Shown: piece after piece, positions 55,501 to 62,357 of the stretch | How positions within the stretch are numbered: the stretch's first letter is position 1 | How the letters are laid out: every line of letters starts with the position of its first letter | DNA from: a virus | Lineage: Duplodnaviria; Heunggongvirae; Uroviricota; Caudoviricetes | Strand: one strand, 5' to 3' | Length of the DNA: 64,000 bases | Virus record (IMG/VR): IMGVR_UViG_3300042322_000140 | Span: 228-64,227 of that record | Notes under the pieces: generated by a model | What the model was told of the DNA's origin: nothing | What the model saw: the letters and a program-made list of their open reading frames with translations, nothing else | Database searches by the model: none | Translations under genes and position numbers: made by a program

Positions 55501-56223
55501 TCCTGTAAATTTTGATAAATAGTTTGTTGTACCATTTGCATTAGCTGGAGTATACCCTAACCATCCTGCAATAGTTTTATTAACCCACAGTGTACCATTA
55601 AATCCTAAGATGTGTCCATTTATAGGAGTTGTAGTTTTTAGATCTACATCATGTAATTCATCAAGTTCAAAACCATTTTGTACTTTAACAAATATTTCAC
55701 CACTATTTAAGTTTACTCTTGTAACAATACCAATGAAAACTAAATGGGTAGGTGCGTAAGGTTTATTAATTAATCCATAAATAAGATTACCTCCTGTCCC
55801 TAACCAAACAGGATCTCCTGCTGTAGCTCCAATTGTATTTAGTCCTGCAAGTAAACCTTCTGATACAACATTTGCAAAACCGTTTATTGCAACAGTTGCG
55901 TCAAGTAATCCCATTGTTTTACTTGACGTTGCCTCTGAAGTATTTGATGCCAAAGAAGCAAGCATATTTGTGCCATCTGCTCCGGATATATAGATAGCTT
56001 GACCTTTGTTTATAGCGACTGCTGCTTTTACTACATGCTGTAGTCTAGCTGCTGGTGCTCCTACATCTACGCCTAAATCAGATAACATTTCTGCACCTGT
56101 TCTGTACTTAACTAGGCCGCCATCAGATACAAGAAACTTATCTGTATCTGTAGTGGCATTAGCTATACTTCCAATTGTGGTAGTGCCTTTTATATCAAGG
56201 TTTGAATATATTTTTTGCGACAT
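49531..56223 (-). CDS. Long tail fibre (2230 aa) with C-terminal intramolecular chaperone (peptidase S74)
   Basis: AYSD..VKENI..IGFIAQELE..PELV..V.Y..L.EAVKEQQ..I; 11 RAPIFYDS-type repeats; HxH motifs. Confidence 0.85.
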   Translation of the reverse strand: MSQKIYSNLDIKGTTTIGSIANATTDTDKFLVSDGGLVKYRTGAEMLSDLGVDVGAPAARLQHVVKAAVAINKGQAIYISGADGTNMLASLASNTSEATSSKTMGLLDATVAINGFANVVSEGLLAGLNTIGATAGDPVWLGTGGNLIYGLINKPYAPTHLVFIGIVTRVNLNSGEIFVKVQNGFELDELHDVDLKTTTPINGHILGFNGTLWVNKTIAGWLGYTPANANGTTNYLSKFTGSTTLGNSLVYDNGTNVLIGTTTDPNYAKLVVSGGNIIIDNNAQFLSKRADGLVLSVFKVNTAHQLEFNPTYGQSLSGYLFSINGSQKMTLSSGGSLTATADMRAPIFYDSDNTNYYLDPAASSNLYDITANKFVKAGGTASQFLKADGTVDSNTYLTSVTNISGYSGTLISEDNRTISPSELAANRLKFGFTSWNNNNSGPYADFLHMRSYQDASGGLDNLVMFRKDAIGMRIWQQTYGSATAYSSYKDISFTDGTNATGTWPISITGSATSAGSVDFNNLTNKTLGTGTYQTSGDFRAPIFYDSDNTGYYVNPAFISRFDTVLGTSIQVQSISPALVIQDTDSSGAAQVGYISYRNTSGAETAWEGFGSALDTDFSIRNTLGRVLLNGTYSEAVGDFRAPIFYDSDNTGYYVNPASTSNTNLFTVNQLLFPSTNFNPATAPRNTEPMSVKMWDNYFNGTGLGDDYGTVLEYYSKIGHVASQVYFDSTGGSWYRTASYAAGWQGWQRYITDVNIGNYAAAANHTHTFDSLTSKTGGTGTYQTSGDFRAPIVYDSNNTAYYLNPDGGSNLNTGNLAGRFTYSDYLVSNNSGGLMGDYNINGTNDKVIWTIGESWPLANMYGLGYSYGNGYGHHLVIKNNGSVYHRISFASEGAFFTGIVTASGSSRAPIFYDTDNTGYYIDAASTSNLNALNLAGDLSFGSQTSTWITSDVMADSIGWNSSYGVYIGSNTLGYSSYIRGNGTFTNNTGTHNLLHADNYTTYTDPRLYRGYSTSGDFQTLQSTAGTVRFDQIGDTGSWSNPPGGYNYGGMLSLRGTNFGFQLWGSHTGNFYFKTQWDNDQYSGWREVIHSANIGSFAATTSHTHTFDSLTSKSSGTSTYQTSGDFRAPIFYDSDNTAYYTNPNGTSSLSLLIADNTIKSRKAQADNDYTTAAIWTESYSTTTTGIAFHISGTVGKFLEMRTNGVLYWDNSIVWHAGNDGSGSGLDADLLDGNHASAFALASHTHPYDNYQYWNLKTNGVQRTTITSNGSLDLVAGTNVSLSYGAGGVVTISSTDTNTVYTHPAYTARNIDTSGAQVIDVFTSDAIGSVTNITTRTMTLADLGYTGATNANFYVLPFTDNSTNWNTAYSWGNHASAGYATAATNRWYDGWVTNPGYDANTIAGSKSGFTYANNAPYSGPLAHIEAGGYGLQFNAPYSSGGYGITFRTRNGDAGTWNPWQYPAVYGVNVNGGGALYALIYYDTNNTAYYLDPASTSNLLGLTVTNTITGNISGNAATATSADQIDGMPFRNTGSNSAINADTLESNGITYYTAGVPNFTGNATDGALYSQAYSSAWQHQIAGDFRSGQIAIRGKNSGTWQAWRTVLDSSNVGTYAAAVSHTHTFDSLTSKTGGTGTYQTSGDFRAPVFYDSNNTGFYIDPNLTSNISKLYHSDNIVATNFGYGQVGLYSSIRYQAVFSMGEAYILPADGTSIGNLYGMAWSHPNAGGVAGNLNTHGLLVTENGSFLAAISGSIRSRDDMRAPIFYDSNNTGYFIDPTSTSNLVGLTVANTISGNITGNAGSASAVAWTNVSSKPDWMTTNSLIASHNNANDWRNSGFYENDGGGSNWPSSTWYNSINVRHSNQSNYHGFQMAMSYYDNNLWFRSYNGAGSFQAWETAIGSGGSNQSKTGFFQSNDSLRAPIFYDSNNTAYYINPADSTTAANLASKVVVQSGSDTIGLQFANSYGNPSVGVYYGSVYTTSSFYAGSPAGTAQDVLGNGARFNIFYERTNTAYYIDPASTSVLNRLSISFNDATYQSGITITNTNTGAQAIAGVNMFSGAYSGSINMFSSGYMDILNNNTTNGAIQFRPRTALSFHIDNVSSTSRITIGSSNTASHPLRVTQQVSNVSIYADYDIVAYSDQSVKENIRPIENVLERINNSRGVLYDRIDSGEKNNIGFIAQELEVEFPELVVTNEDNTKAVKYQNAVAVLFEAVKEQQKQIEELKELVNKLITK

Positions 56224-56246
56224 GTTGGTTTTAGTCTATTGGGTTA

Positions 56247-57908
56247 TTAGTCAATTTTTTGAACTAACGCTCTTACTGGATTTGTTGGTGCAGTTATAAA
56301 TGTTACTGTAACTGCGAATGGAGTGGTCATTGATCTAGCTATATCTGCATAAATTACTTCTCCATTAATAGTGTCAAATAGTTGTACTATTACATCTGAT
56401 GTACCTAATCCATGTGCTACTGTTTGTGCACCAACTGTTGCTGTTAGTGTGACAGCGTATGAATCTGCTGCTGCTTGGTTTGCAATGTAAGTTGCAAGAG
56501 TTGCTGGAGTTACAGCTCTAACTGTATCTGTACCTGCGTTTACCTCTGCTTGTGTTGCTAACTCGATTACTCCGACTGCTGTTTCTGATGCATTATTTGC
56601 TGCAATTGTGAAAGCTTTTGCTGTACCTGATGAAGTATCTGTTATAGTTATACCATTTCCTTGTGTAAGTGCTATACTTGTTACAGTGGCATCTCCTGAA
56701 ATAGGTATGTTATAAAAAGTTGTTCCATCATTTGTGAAAGTCCATCTATCTGTAGACTCATTCCACACTAAGGATACATTTGTTAACGTGCCTCTTTCTA
56801 TTTCAATACCTCCATTTTCAGTTGGTGCTGATCCGGTGTAGTTGCTGTTTAATGTGATTATATTATCAGCAAGGTTTATAGTCTCTGTATTTACTGTAGT
56901 AGTAGTTCCACTTACTGTTAAATCTCCAGATATGATTACATTATTTGAGAATGTTTTATCTCCTGCAAAAGTTTGCCCATTTGTTGTAACAACCCCTGAT
57001 GCTGTAGCAGATGCTGATGGTATTGCTGCGTATGGTACTGCTGACATACCAACTCCTGTTAAAGACCCTGTAGGCCCTGCTGTAGTTCCCCCGGTCCATG
57101 CGAATGCTGTAGGGTACCAGTTAGTATCTAAATTTGCTGGTAATGTAAGAGTTAAGTTACTCTTTGTTACAAGGTGTCCTTGTGCGTCATATGTAACATA
57201 AGGTACAATAAAGGTTCCACCATAAGCTAGGGTTCTTGTTACGCCTGTATCACCAAAGTTACTTGCTGTTACAGCATTAGAGTGGTTAAAAGTTGTACCA
57301 GATAATGATAAACCAGTACCTGCTGTATAAGTTGTATTTGTGTCTGTAGATGCTATTGTTATAGTATCTGTTGTATCGTTTGTTGTTATAGTTACGTTTG
57401 ATCCTGCTACTAATGTTAATGTGTCATTATTAGAGTCCGCTACTACTGTATTTTGTCCTGCTACTGCAAAGTTTTTGAATATGTTTTGTGAAGATCCAAG
57501 ATCTGTATTTGTTACTGTAACTGCTCCTGTAGCACTGTTTACTGATATTCCAGTACCTGCTATTATTGATGTGACGGATGCTGTACCTCCTGTGATATAG
57601 TCATAAAGTAAGTCTGAAGTTACAAGCCCTGTTCCTCCGTTAGTAACTGTTGATGCAATATCTAAAGCTAACGATACTGCTCCAGTTGTTCCACTTGTTA
57701 CTGTTAATTGTGAGGTTGTTGATGCAACACTTGTAATATCACCTACTGGTGTCCAGTTTGCTCCATCATGTATGTAAAGTTTTTTATCACCTACTGAAGA
57801 GTTATAATAAATTTGCCCCTCTACGCCTGTTGGGGGTGTTCCTAGTGGGTGTATTACAGCATTCTGTAATTGATTTTTGCTTAAGTCAATGTGAGCTAAA
57901 AATTTCAT
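56247..57908 (-). CDS. Tail fibre/structural protein
   Basis: Thr/Gly-rich beta segments; GTTTTVNT..ADNIITLN..GGIEIERG; ASETAVGVIELATQAEV..RAVTP fibre repeat. Confidence 0.65.
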   Translation of the reverse strand: MKFLAHIDLSKNQLQNAVIHPLGTPPTGVEGQIYYNSSVGDKKLYIHDGANWTPVGDITSVASTTSQLTVTSGTTGAVSLALDIASTVTNGGTGLVTSDLLYDYITGGTASVTSIIAGTGISVNSATGAVTVTNTDLGSSQNIFKNFAVAGQNTVVADSNNDTLTLVAGSNVTITTNDTTDTITIASTDTNTTYTAGTGLSLSGTTFNHSNAVTASNFGDTGVTRTLAYGGTFIVPYVTYDAQGHLVTKSNLTLTLPANLDTNWYPTAFAWTGGTTAGPTGSLTGVGMSAVPYAAIPSASATASGVVTTNGQTFAGDKTFSNNVIISGDLTVSGTTTTVNTETINLADNIITLNSNYTGSAPTENGGIEIERGTLTNVSLVWNESTDRWTFTNDGTTFYNIPISGDATVTSIALTQGNGITITDTSSGTAKAFTIAANNASETAVGVIELATQAEVNAGTDTVRAVTPATLATYIANQAAADSYAVTLTATVGAQTVAHGLGTSDVIVQLFDTINGEVIYADIARSMTTPFAVTVTFITAPTNPVRALVQKID

Positions 57909-57923
57909 AATTTTAGTGGTTTT

Positions 57924-58283
57924 TTAGTTTAGATAAGCTTTCCCTGAAAAGGTTGCTTGGAATCTTATTGTTATTTTATTTGTACTATTGTACTCAATGT
58001 CTCCTATGACTACGCTATCTCCTGAATCTACTATGAATGCTGCTACAAACTTACCTAAGTTGTGTTGTATTTCCCATACATTAGATGCGGCTAATTGTGT
58101 ATGCACATAGTTTTTATCACCCACTACTGTACCCTCATTGTCTATTAGTGGTACAGGTATCCCGTTTAAATCTGTGATGTATGTTGTTACATCTTGTTCT
58201 CCAGTGTCCTTTACATAGTATACTGAATTTGGTCTTGGGTTAGCAGGTAAAACTTTTACTTTATAATGTTTTACTTCTTGCAT
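57924..58283 (-). CDS. Small tail/structural protein
   Basis: YVHTQ..ASNVWEIQHNLG..F...FSGKAYLN C-terminal pattern. Confidence 0.55.
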   Translation of the reverse strand: MQEVKHYKVKVLPANPRPNSVYYVKDTGEQDVTTYITDLNGIPVPLIDNEGTVVGDKNYVHTQLAASNVWEIQHNLGKFVAAFIVDSGDSVVIGDIEYNSTNKITIRFQATFSGKAYLN

Positions 58284-58284
58284 G

Positions 58285-58632
58285 TTACCATTCTAGTTTT
58301 TCCCAATCACAACATTCGTTGCTCATTGAGTTTAGTTGATCAATACCGTATGGTATATCGTATAATTTAAAATCCTTAATTTTTATCTTGTATTTAGATC
58401 CCTCTAAATCACCATTAATTTTTTTAAATACCCAGTCAATTAATTCACACTCATCTGTACAAAGTATATTGTAAAACATTTGAGAGTGTTTTAATTTGTC
58501 TCTATCTAATGTATTGCCTACCCCAAACTTTTTGTTTAGGTAGTACAAGTCAGCATTAACTAGTATGTCTTTTTCAAATTTGTCAAAGTAGTTTTCCTGA
58601 CTTAGTTCTAAGTAGTTTTCTTGTCCTGCCAT
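58285..58632 (-). CDS. Hypothetical structural protein
   Basis: 115-aa ORF tightly packed in the tail operon. Confidence 0.45.
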   Translation of the reverse strand: MAGQENYLELSQENYFDKFEKDILVNADLYYLNKKFGVGNTLDRDKLKHSQMFYNILCTDECELIDWVFKKINGDLEGSKYKIKIKDFKLYDIPYGIDQLNSMSNECCDWEKLEW

Positions 58633-58633
58633 T

Positions 58634-59182
58634 TTATATACAGTCTAAACATTCTCCTAATCCTTTTAGTATTGATTTTGCTTCAGAAAAGAAACGATCT
58701 GCTTTTACAAAATCGCCTAGTTTTGCGTGTGATTTGGCTACTTTTATTAACCAGTCAACATCGTATAATTTTTCTCGGAAAGCTTTATCATTCTTAGAGT
58801 ATTCAAAGCCATGTTTTACCATGACTTTTGAAAGCTCTAATTCTGTTCTATCTGTTTTTAAGTAGTATTTAGTTTTTTCGAAATTACTATACCCACTTTT
58901 TAAAACTATTGTATAAACCCCGTCTGGTAAATCTGCATAAACTTCATCTTTACAGTCGTTTGTAAAACAAGTTATACCAAGGTTGTGGCTATTATAAGCA
59001 TTTATTGCCTTTTTCTTAAATGTAAAAACTAGTGCTCTTTTTGATCCAGGTAAAGTAATTAGTATATTTGCAGGTAATGTTTCTGCGTGTACCCAATCAC
59101 TATTATCCCCTATCCAAAGGGTTTGGACTGTAGATTGAATTACATCAAAGTCTATTTTTATTTCTCCTATTACTTGTGCCAT
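58634..59182 (-). CDS. Hypothetical structural protein (Ig-like plus helical tail; possible ring protein)
   Basis: ITLPG..DLPDGVYTIVL beta-sandwich-like pattern; position in tail operon. Confidence 0.45.
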   Translation of the reverse strand: MAQVIGEIKIDFDVIQSTVQTLWIGDNSDWVHAETLPANILITLPGSKRALVFTFKKKAINAYNSHNLGITCFTNDCKDEVYADLPDGVYTIVLKSGYSNFEKTKYYLKTDRTELELSKVMVKHGFEYSKNDKAFREKLYDVDWLIKVAKSHAKLGDFVKADRFFSEAKSILKGLGECLDCI

Positions 59183-59202
59183 TGGTTTTTATTTTTTAAT
59201 TT

Positions 59203-60642
59203 TTATACTACTGCTGTTGCTGGCATTGTAAACCACTCTCCTATATTTGTTCTTAGGTAAATTGTTGGTCCACCGGAAATATTAGGAAATAATATTTTAC
59301 ATCCTATAGGCCAATAAGCTGTAGATAAACTTGTTAGTGTAGCTAAAGTTGGTGTTGTACTGCTATAATCTACAATGGTATCTCTTGCTCTATCTTCAGT
59401 TAACCTAAACAAAGTTGTGCTGTTTGTACCAGAGTCTTCTTTTAACAGTAAATAATATGAATTAGATTTTAAGTCCACACTACTGTTACCATTAACATTC
59501 TCATTTAATATTGAAAAGTTAACATCAAAGTTACTTGTATTTTTTAAATATATAGCTCTACCTATTCTAGGTGTCTCTGTTAACTTTATTCCTTTACCTC
59601 CAGCTGAAGCAAAAATTCTTACAAACCCAACTCCTGAAAAGTTAGTTGGTGTATCATTAGCTGTCACTTGTGTAGAAGACCCACTAAAACCCATAAGTTT
59701 TGAAGTCCAAGTACTCAAACCAGTTTTTATATAAGCTGTTGCTCCATTTAATATGTTAGGACAATATACTGTAAGTCCTATAATATTAAAGTAGTCAGGG
59801 TATGCGTTATTTAACAGTGTATCGTTTAAAGTTGTAGTTGTAGTATTTACAGCTACAAGAGGGTATGTTGTACCATTACCATGAGCTTTTCCACCAATTA
59901 AGACAGGAGATCTTTGTAATGCTTCAACAGCCCAGAAATTTGTCCCTAAAGAAGTAAATTTATAATACTGGTTAAACTCTACTTGTAATTGAGAGGTGCT
60001 TGTGTTGTATGTAGTTGCAAGAGTAGCACCTAATCCATGAGCATATATATAAGAGCTGTTACCATTACCACTAGATACTATGATTTCTTTACCTACTACA
60101 GTTGTATTTGGTAAAATAAACATGCTCCCTGAGCCTGCACCTAGTTGTAAAATGTTTATGTCATTGCTTAACACAGCTGGTGATCCGTTAACTCCACCAA
60201 AAATTAAACCTTGAGTCTTAACTGGTGCTGTACCTGCTGGTCCTTGAGGTCCTTCTGGTCCTTGTGCTCCTACTGCTCCTGCTTGCCCTTGTGCTCCTTG
60301 TGCTGCTAATAAAGCCCAGTGTACTGTATCGGTTTCTGGGTCGGTATTGCCTGTTCCTGTTACTGGAGAAATACAAAACCAAGATGCTCCATTAAATGCA
60401 ACTGCATCATCTGCAGCATATGCTGTATCTGCATCCCATAAACCTTGCCATTCTAAACCTGCTGGTCCTACTGGCCCTAAAGCTCCTTGAGGCCCTGCTG
60501 GTCCTTGTATACCTTGTGGTCCTGCTGGTCCTTGGTTAGATCCTAGATTATCTACTACTTTTGATAAAGCATCTACTTCTTCTGGTAATCTCCACCAATT
60601 TACTTTTGGCTCTAATGGGAATTTATTTTTTTGACTTTTCAT
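59203..60642 (-). CDS. Collagen-like fibre protein with an embedded putative carbohydrate-binding module
   Basis: Two Gly-X-Y runs flanking WQGLWDADTAY..DAVAFNGASWFC..P..D..HW. Confidence 0.7.
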   Translation of the reverse strand: MKSQKNKFPLEPKVNWWRLPEEVDALSKVVDNLGSNQGPAGPQGIQGPAGPQGALGPVGPAGLEWQGLWDADTAYAADDAVAFNGASWFCISPVTGTGNTDPETDTVHWALLAAQGAQGQAGAVGAQGPEGPQGPAGTAPVKTQGLIFGGVNGSPAVLSNDINILQLGAGSGSMFILPNTTVVGKEIIVSSGNGNSSYIYAHGLGATLATTYNTSTSQLQVEFNQYYKFTSLGTNFWAVEALQRSPVLIGGKAHGNGTTYPLVAVNTTTTTLNDTLLNNAYPDYFNIIGLTVYCPNILNGATAYIKTGLSTWTSKLMGFSGSSTQVTANDTPTNFSGVGFVRIFASAGGKGIKLTETPRIGRAIYLKNTSNFDVNFSILNENVNGNSSVDLKSNSYYLLLKEDSGTNSTTLFRLTEDRARDTIVDYSSTTPTLATLTSLSTAYWPIGCKILFPNISGGPTIYLRTNIGEWFTMPATAVV

Positions 60643-60653
60643 TTTTTTGTTTT

Positions 60654-61130
60654 TTAAAATAGTTTATATTGAATAATTAATCCCCAACTAGCTTTTTCTG
60701 TGCTTCTTATACTATAATTTAGTCCTGTTGACCATTTACTGTATTCGAGTAGTAAGTTTCCATATGCTGTAATACTTGATGTAGATAACTCATTCGATCT
60801 TACACCGGCATACCCATGGAACTCTATTTTTTTAGGCTTGTTAAGTATCTCGTTTTGTACTTGTATGAAATCTTTTTGGCCAGATATTATATCACTGTTG
60901 ATTGATACTTGGTTTTCAAGATTTATAACTACCTTTTGTAAATTTAATATTCTTTTGTCTTGTTCTTTTACAAGCTCCTTGCAAGAGTCATACTTTACTA
61001 AGTCTATTGCTGTAAGTCTAGCCTCTCTTTCTGATAATACAACTATACTATCTTTCTTCTGAGTATCTATCTGTGAAAAACTTTTGCAACCCACTAATAG
61101 TAAGACTATCAATAACTTTAATTTGTACAT
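60654..61130 (-). CDS. Putative o-spanin (lipoprotein)
   Basis: MYKLKLLIVLLLVGC lipobox-like signal, coiled coil, overlaps the upstream single-TM gene in the lysis cassette. Confidence 0.6.
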   Translation of the reverse strand: MYKLKLLIVLLLVGCKSFSQIDTQKKDSIVVLSEREARLTAIDLVKYDSCKELVKEQDKRILNLQKVVINLENQVSINSDIISGQKDFIQVQNEILNKPKKIEFHGYAGVRSNELSTSSITAYGNLLLEYSKWSTGLNYSIRSTEKASWGLIIQYKLF

Positions 61131-61380
61131 ACTCTTTTTCTTTTATTTTTTTTATCCTTGTTACTATAACTGTATCTATTTTTCTAAGTTCTTCTTCTTC
61201 CTTTTTGTAAGTTGTGGCTTTTTTTTCTAGCCTCTCTATCTTAACTTTTAGAACTTCTGACTCTTTTATTAGTTGATCTCTTTTAGTTTGGTACAGTACT
61301 GTTGAGAGTACCCATACAACAATTAATGCCGACCCTAGCCATTGCTCTTTAAAAAAATTTAATATCTTAATAGTGTTCAT
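61048..61380 (-). CDS. Putative i-spanin
   Basis: Single N-terminal TM helix then coiled coil; follows the endolysin. Confidence 0.6.
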   Translation of the reverse strand: MNTIKILNFFKEQWLGSALIVVWVLSTVLYQTKRDQLIKESEVLKVKIERLEKKATTYKKEEEELRKIDTVIVTRIKKIKEKEYVQIKVIDSLTISGLQKFFTDRYSEER

Positions 61381-61382
61381 CT

Positions 61383-61847
61383 TTAATTTTTAATTTGGAA
61401 ATGCATCCAATCATAATTCTTTTCTCTCCCTAAGGATTCAAAACCATGTTTATAAAATATATCAATCATTTTTTTGTATTCCGGTCTTGCAAATCTTGCA
61501 GTCTTTGATGTCTCTTTTAATGTATTTCTTGCCGGGTCTAAATCTATTGCTATCCCCCAAGAGTGTGTTGACCAAGCTGACCCACCTCTCATTTTTCTGT
61601 AGTTAAAACATCCTCCGAAAAGGTCTATGCCTAATTCTACTATTTTTTCATAGCCGTATTCTTTTAATAATTCGTTAAAAACTGCTATAAAATTATCTGC
61701 TACTAGACTATGGCACATCATTATCTTAACTTTAGTGTCTGTGTCCCAAGCTAATCTCATTGGATAAGGTAAAGTTATCTTTACTAAATATCCTTTTCCT
61801 GTTTCGTTTGGTGTACCGTACTTTTTTGTTATTTGTGCTGTTGTCAT
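61383..61847 (-). CDS. Endolysin, peptidase M15 family
   Basis: [16 protein letters not shown]...DWMHFQ Zn-peptidase motifs. Confidence 0.85.
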   Translation of the reverse strand: MTTAQITKKYGTPNETGKGYLVKITLPYPMRLAWDTDTKVKIMMCHSLVADNFIAVFNELLKEYGYEKIVELGIDLFGGCFNYRKMRGGSAWSTHSWGIAIDLDPARNTLKETSKTARFARPEYKKMIDIFYKHGFESLGREKNYDWMHFQIKN

Positions 61848-61849
61848 TT

Positions 61850-62278
61850 TTATTTTAATTCGTCTATATCGTCTTTTAGTTCTTTTGATCTCCTTAATAA
61901 AACTTTAAGTTTTTGGAAAATATCAATTTTAAAAGCCGCTTCAAAATTTTCTTTCATACTAGTTAGCTCAATAAATATTATTACTATTGCTATAACTTTT
62001 GTAAAAAAGAAAGGTATGCTAAACCATATTTTAAAAAATTCACCTAATAAAAACTTATCTATTGTATACAGTAGTAGTATAGCAGATTGATATAACACAA
62101 ACTTTGATACAATATTACTTAATTTTCTTGATGTAACTTTATCTTTTATCATAATAGCTTTTGCTATTCCAAGAATTGTATCTAAGGCGATAGCTACACC
62201 AACTGCAATTAGTATTCCTGAAACAGGTGCAAAAAATACCAATAGTGATGTAATTACATATGTTATATAAATTTTCAT
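61850..62278 (-). CDS. Holin
   Basis: Three hydrophobic helices, [19 protein letters not shown]; directly upstream of the endolysin. Confidence 0.75.
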   Translation of the reverse strand: MKIYITYVITSLLVFFAPVSGILIAVGVAIALDTILGIAKAIMIKDKVTSRKLSNIVSKFVLYQSAILLLYTIDKFLLGEFFKIWFSIPFFFTKVIAIVIIFIELTSMKENFEAAFKIDIFQKLKVLLRRSKELKDDIDELK

Positions 62279-62315
62279 TATTTTTTAATTATTCTACTAT
62301 GTAGGGTTAGATTAT

Positions 62316-62344
62316 AAAAAAAAGGGAGGAGTATTCTCCTCCCT
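62316..62344 (-). terminator. Intrinsic terminator after the capsid-associated gene
   Basis: Minus strand AGGGAGGAG-AATA-CTCCTCCCT followed by a T-run. Confidence 0.85.
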
Positions 62345-62357
62345 AATTAATTTTAGT

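Noticed and set aside
49531-56223. Fibre repeats as a shufflon/invertible system
   Set aside because: All repeats are direct and in frame; no inverted sites or recombinase seen in the window.
56225-62315. TAACCC-containing strings upstream of the holin and the long fibre as a phage late promoter
   Set aside because: Only two short, imperfect instances; not distinguishable from chance by eye.
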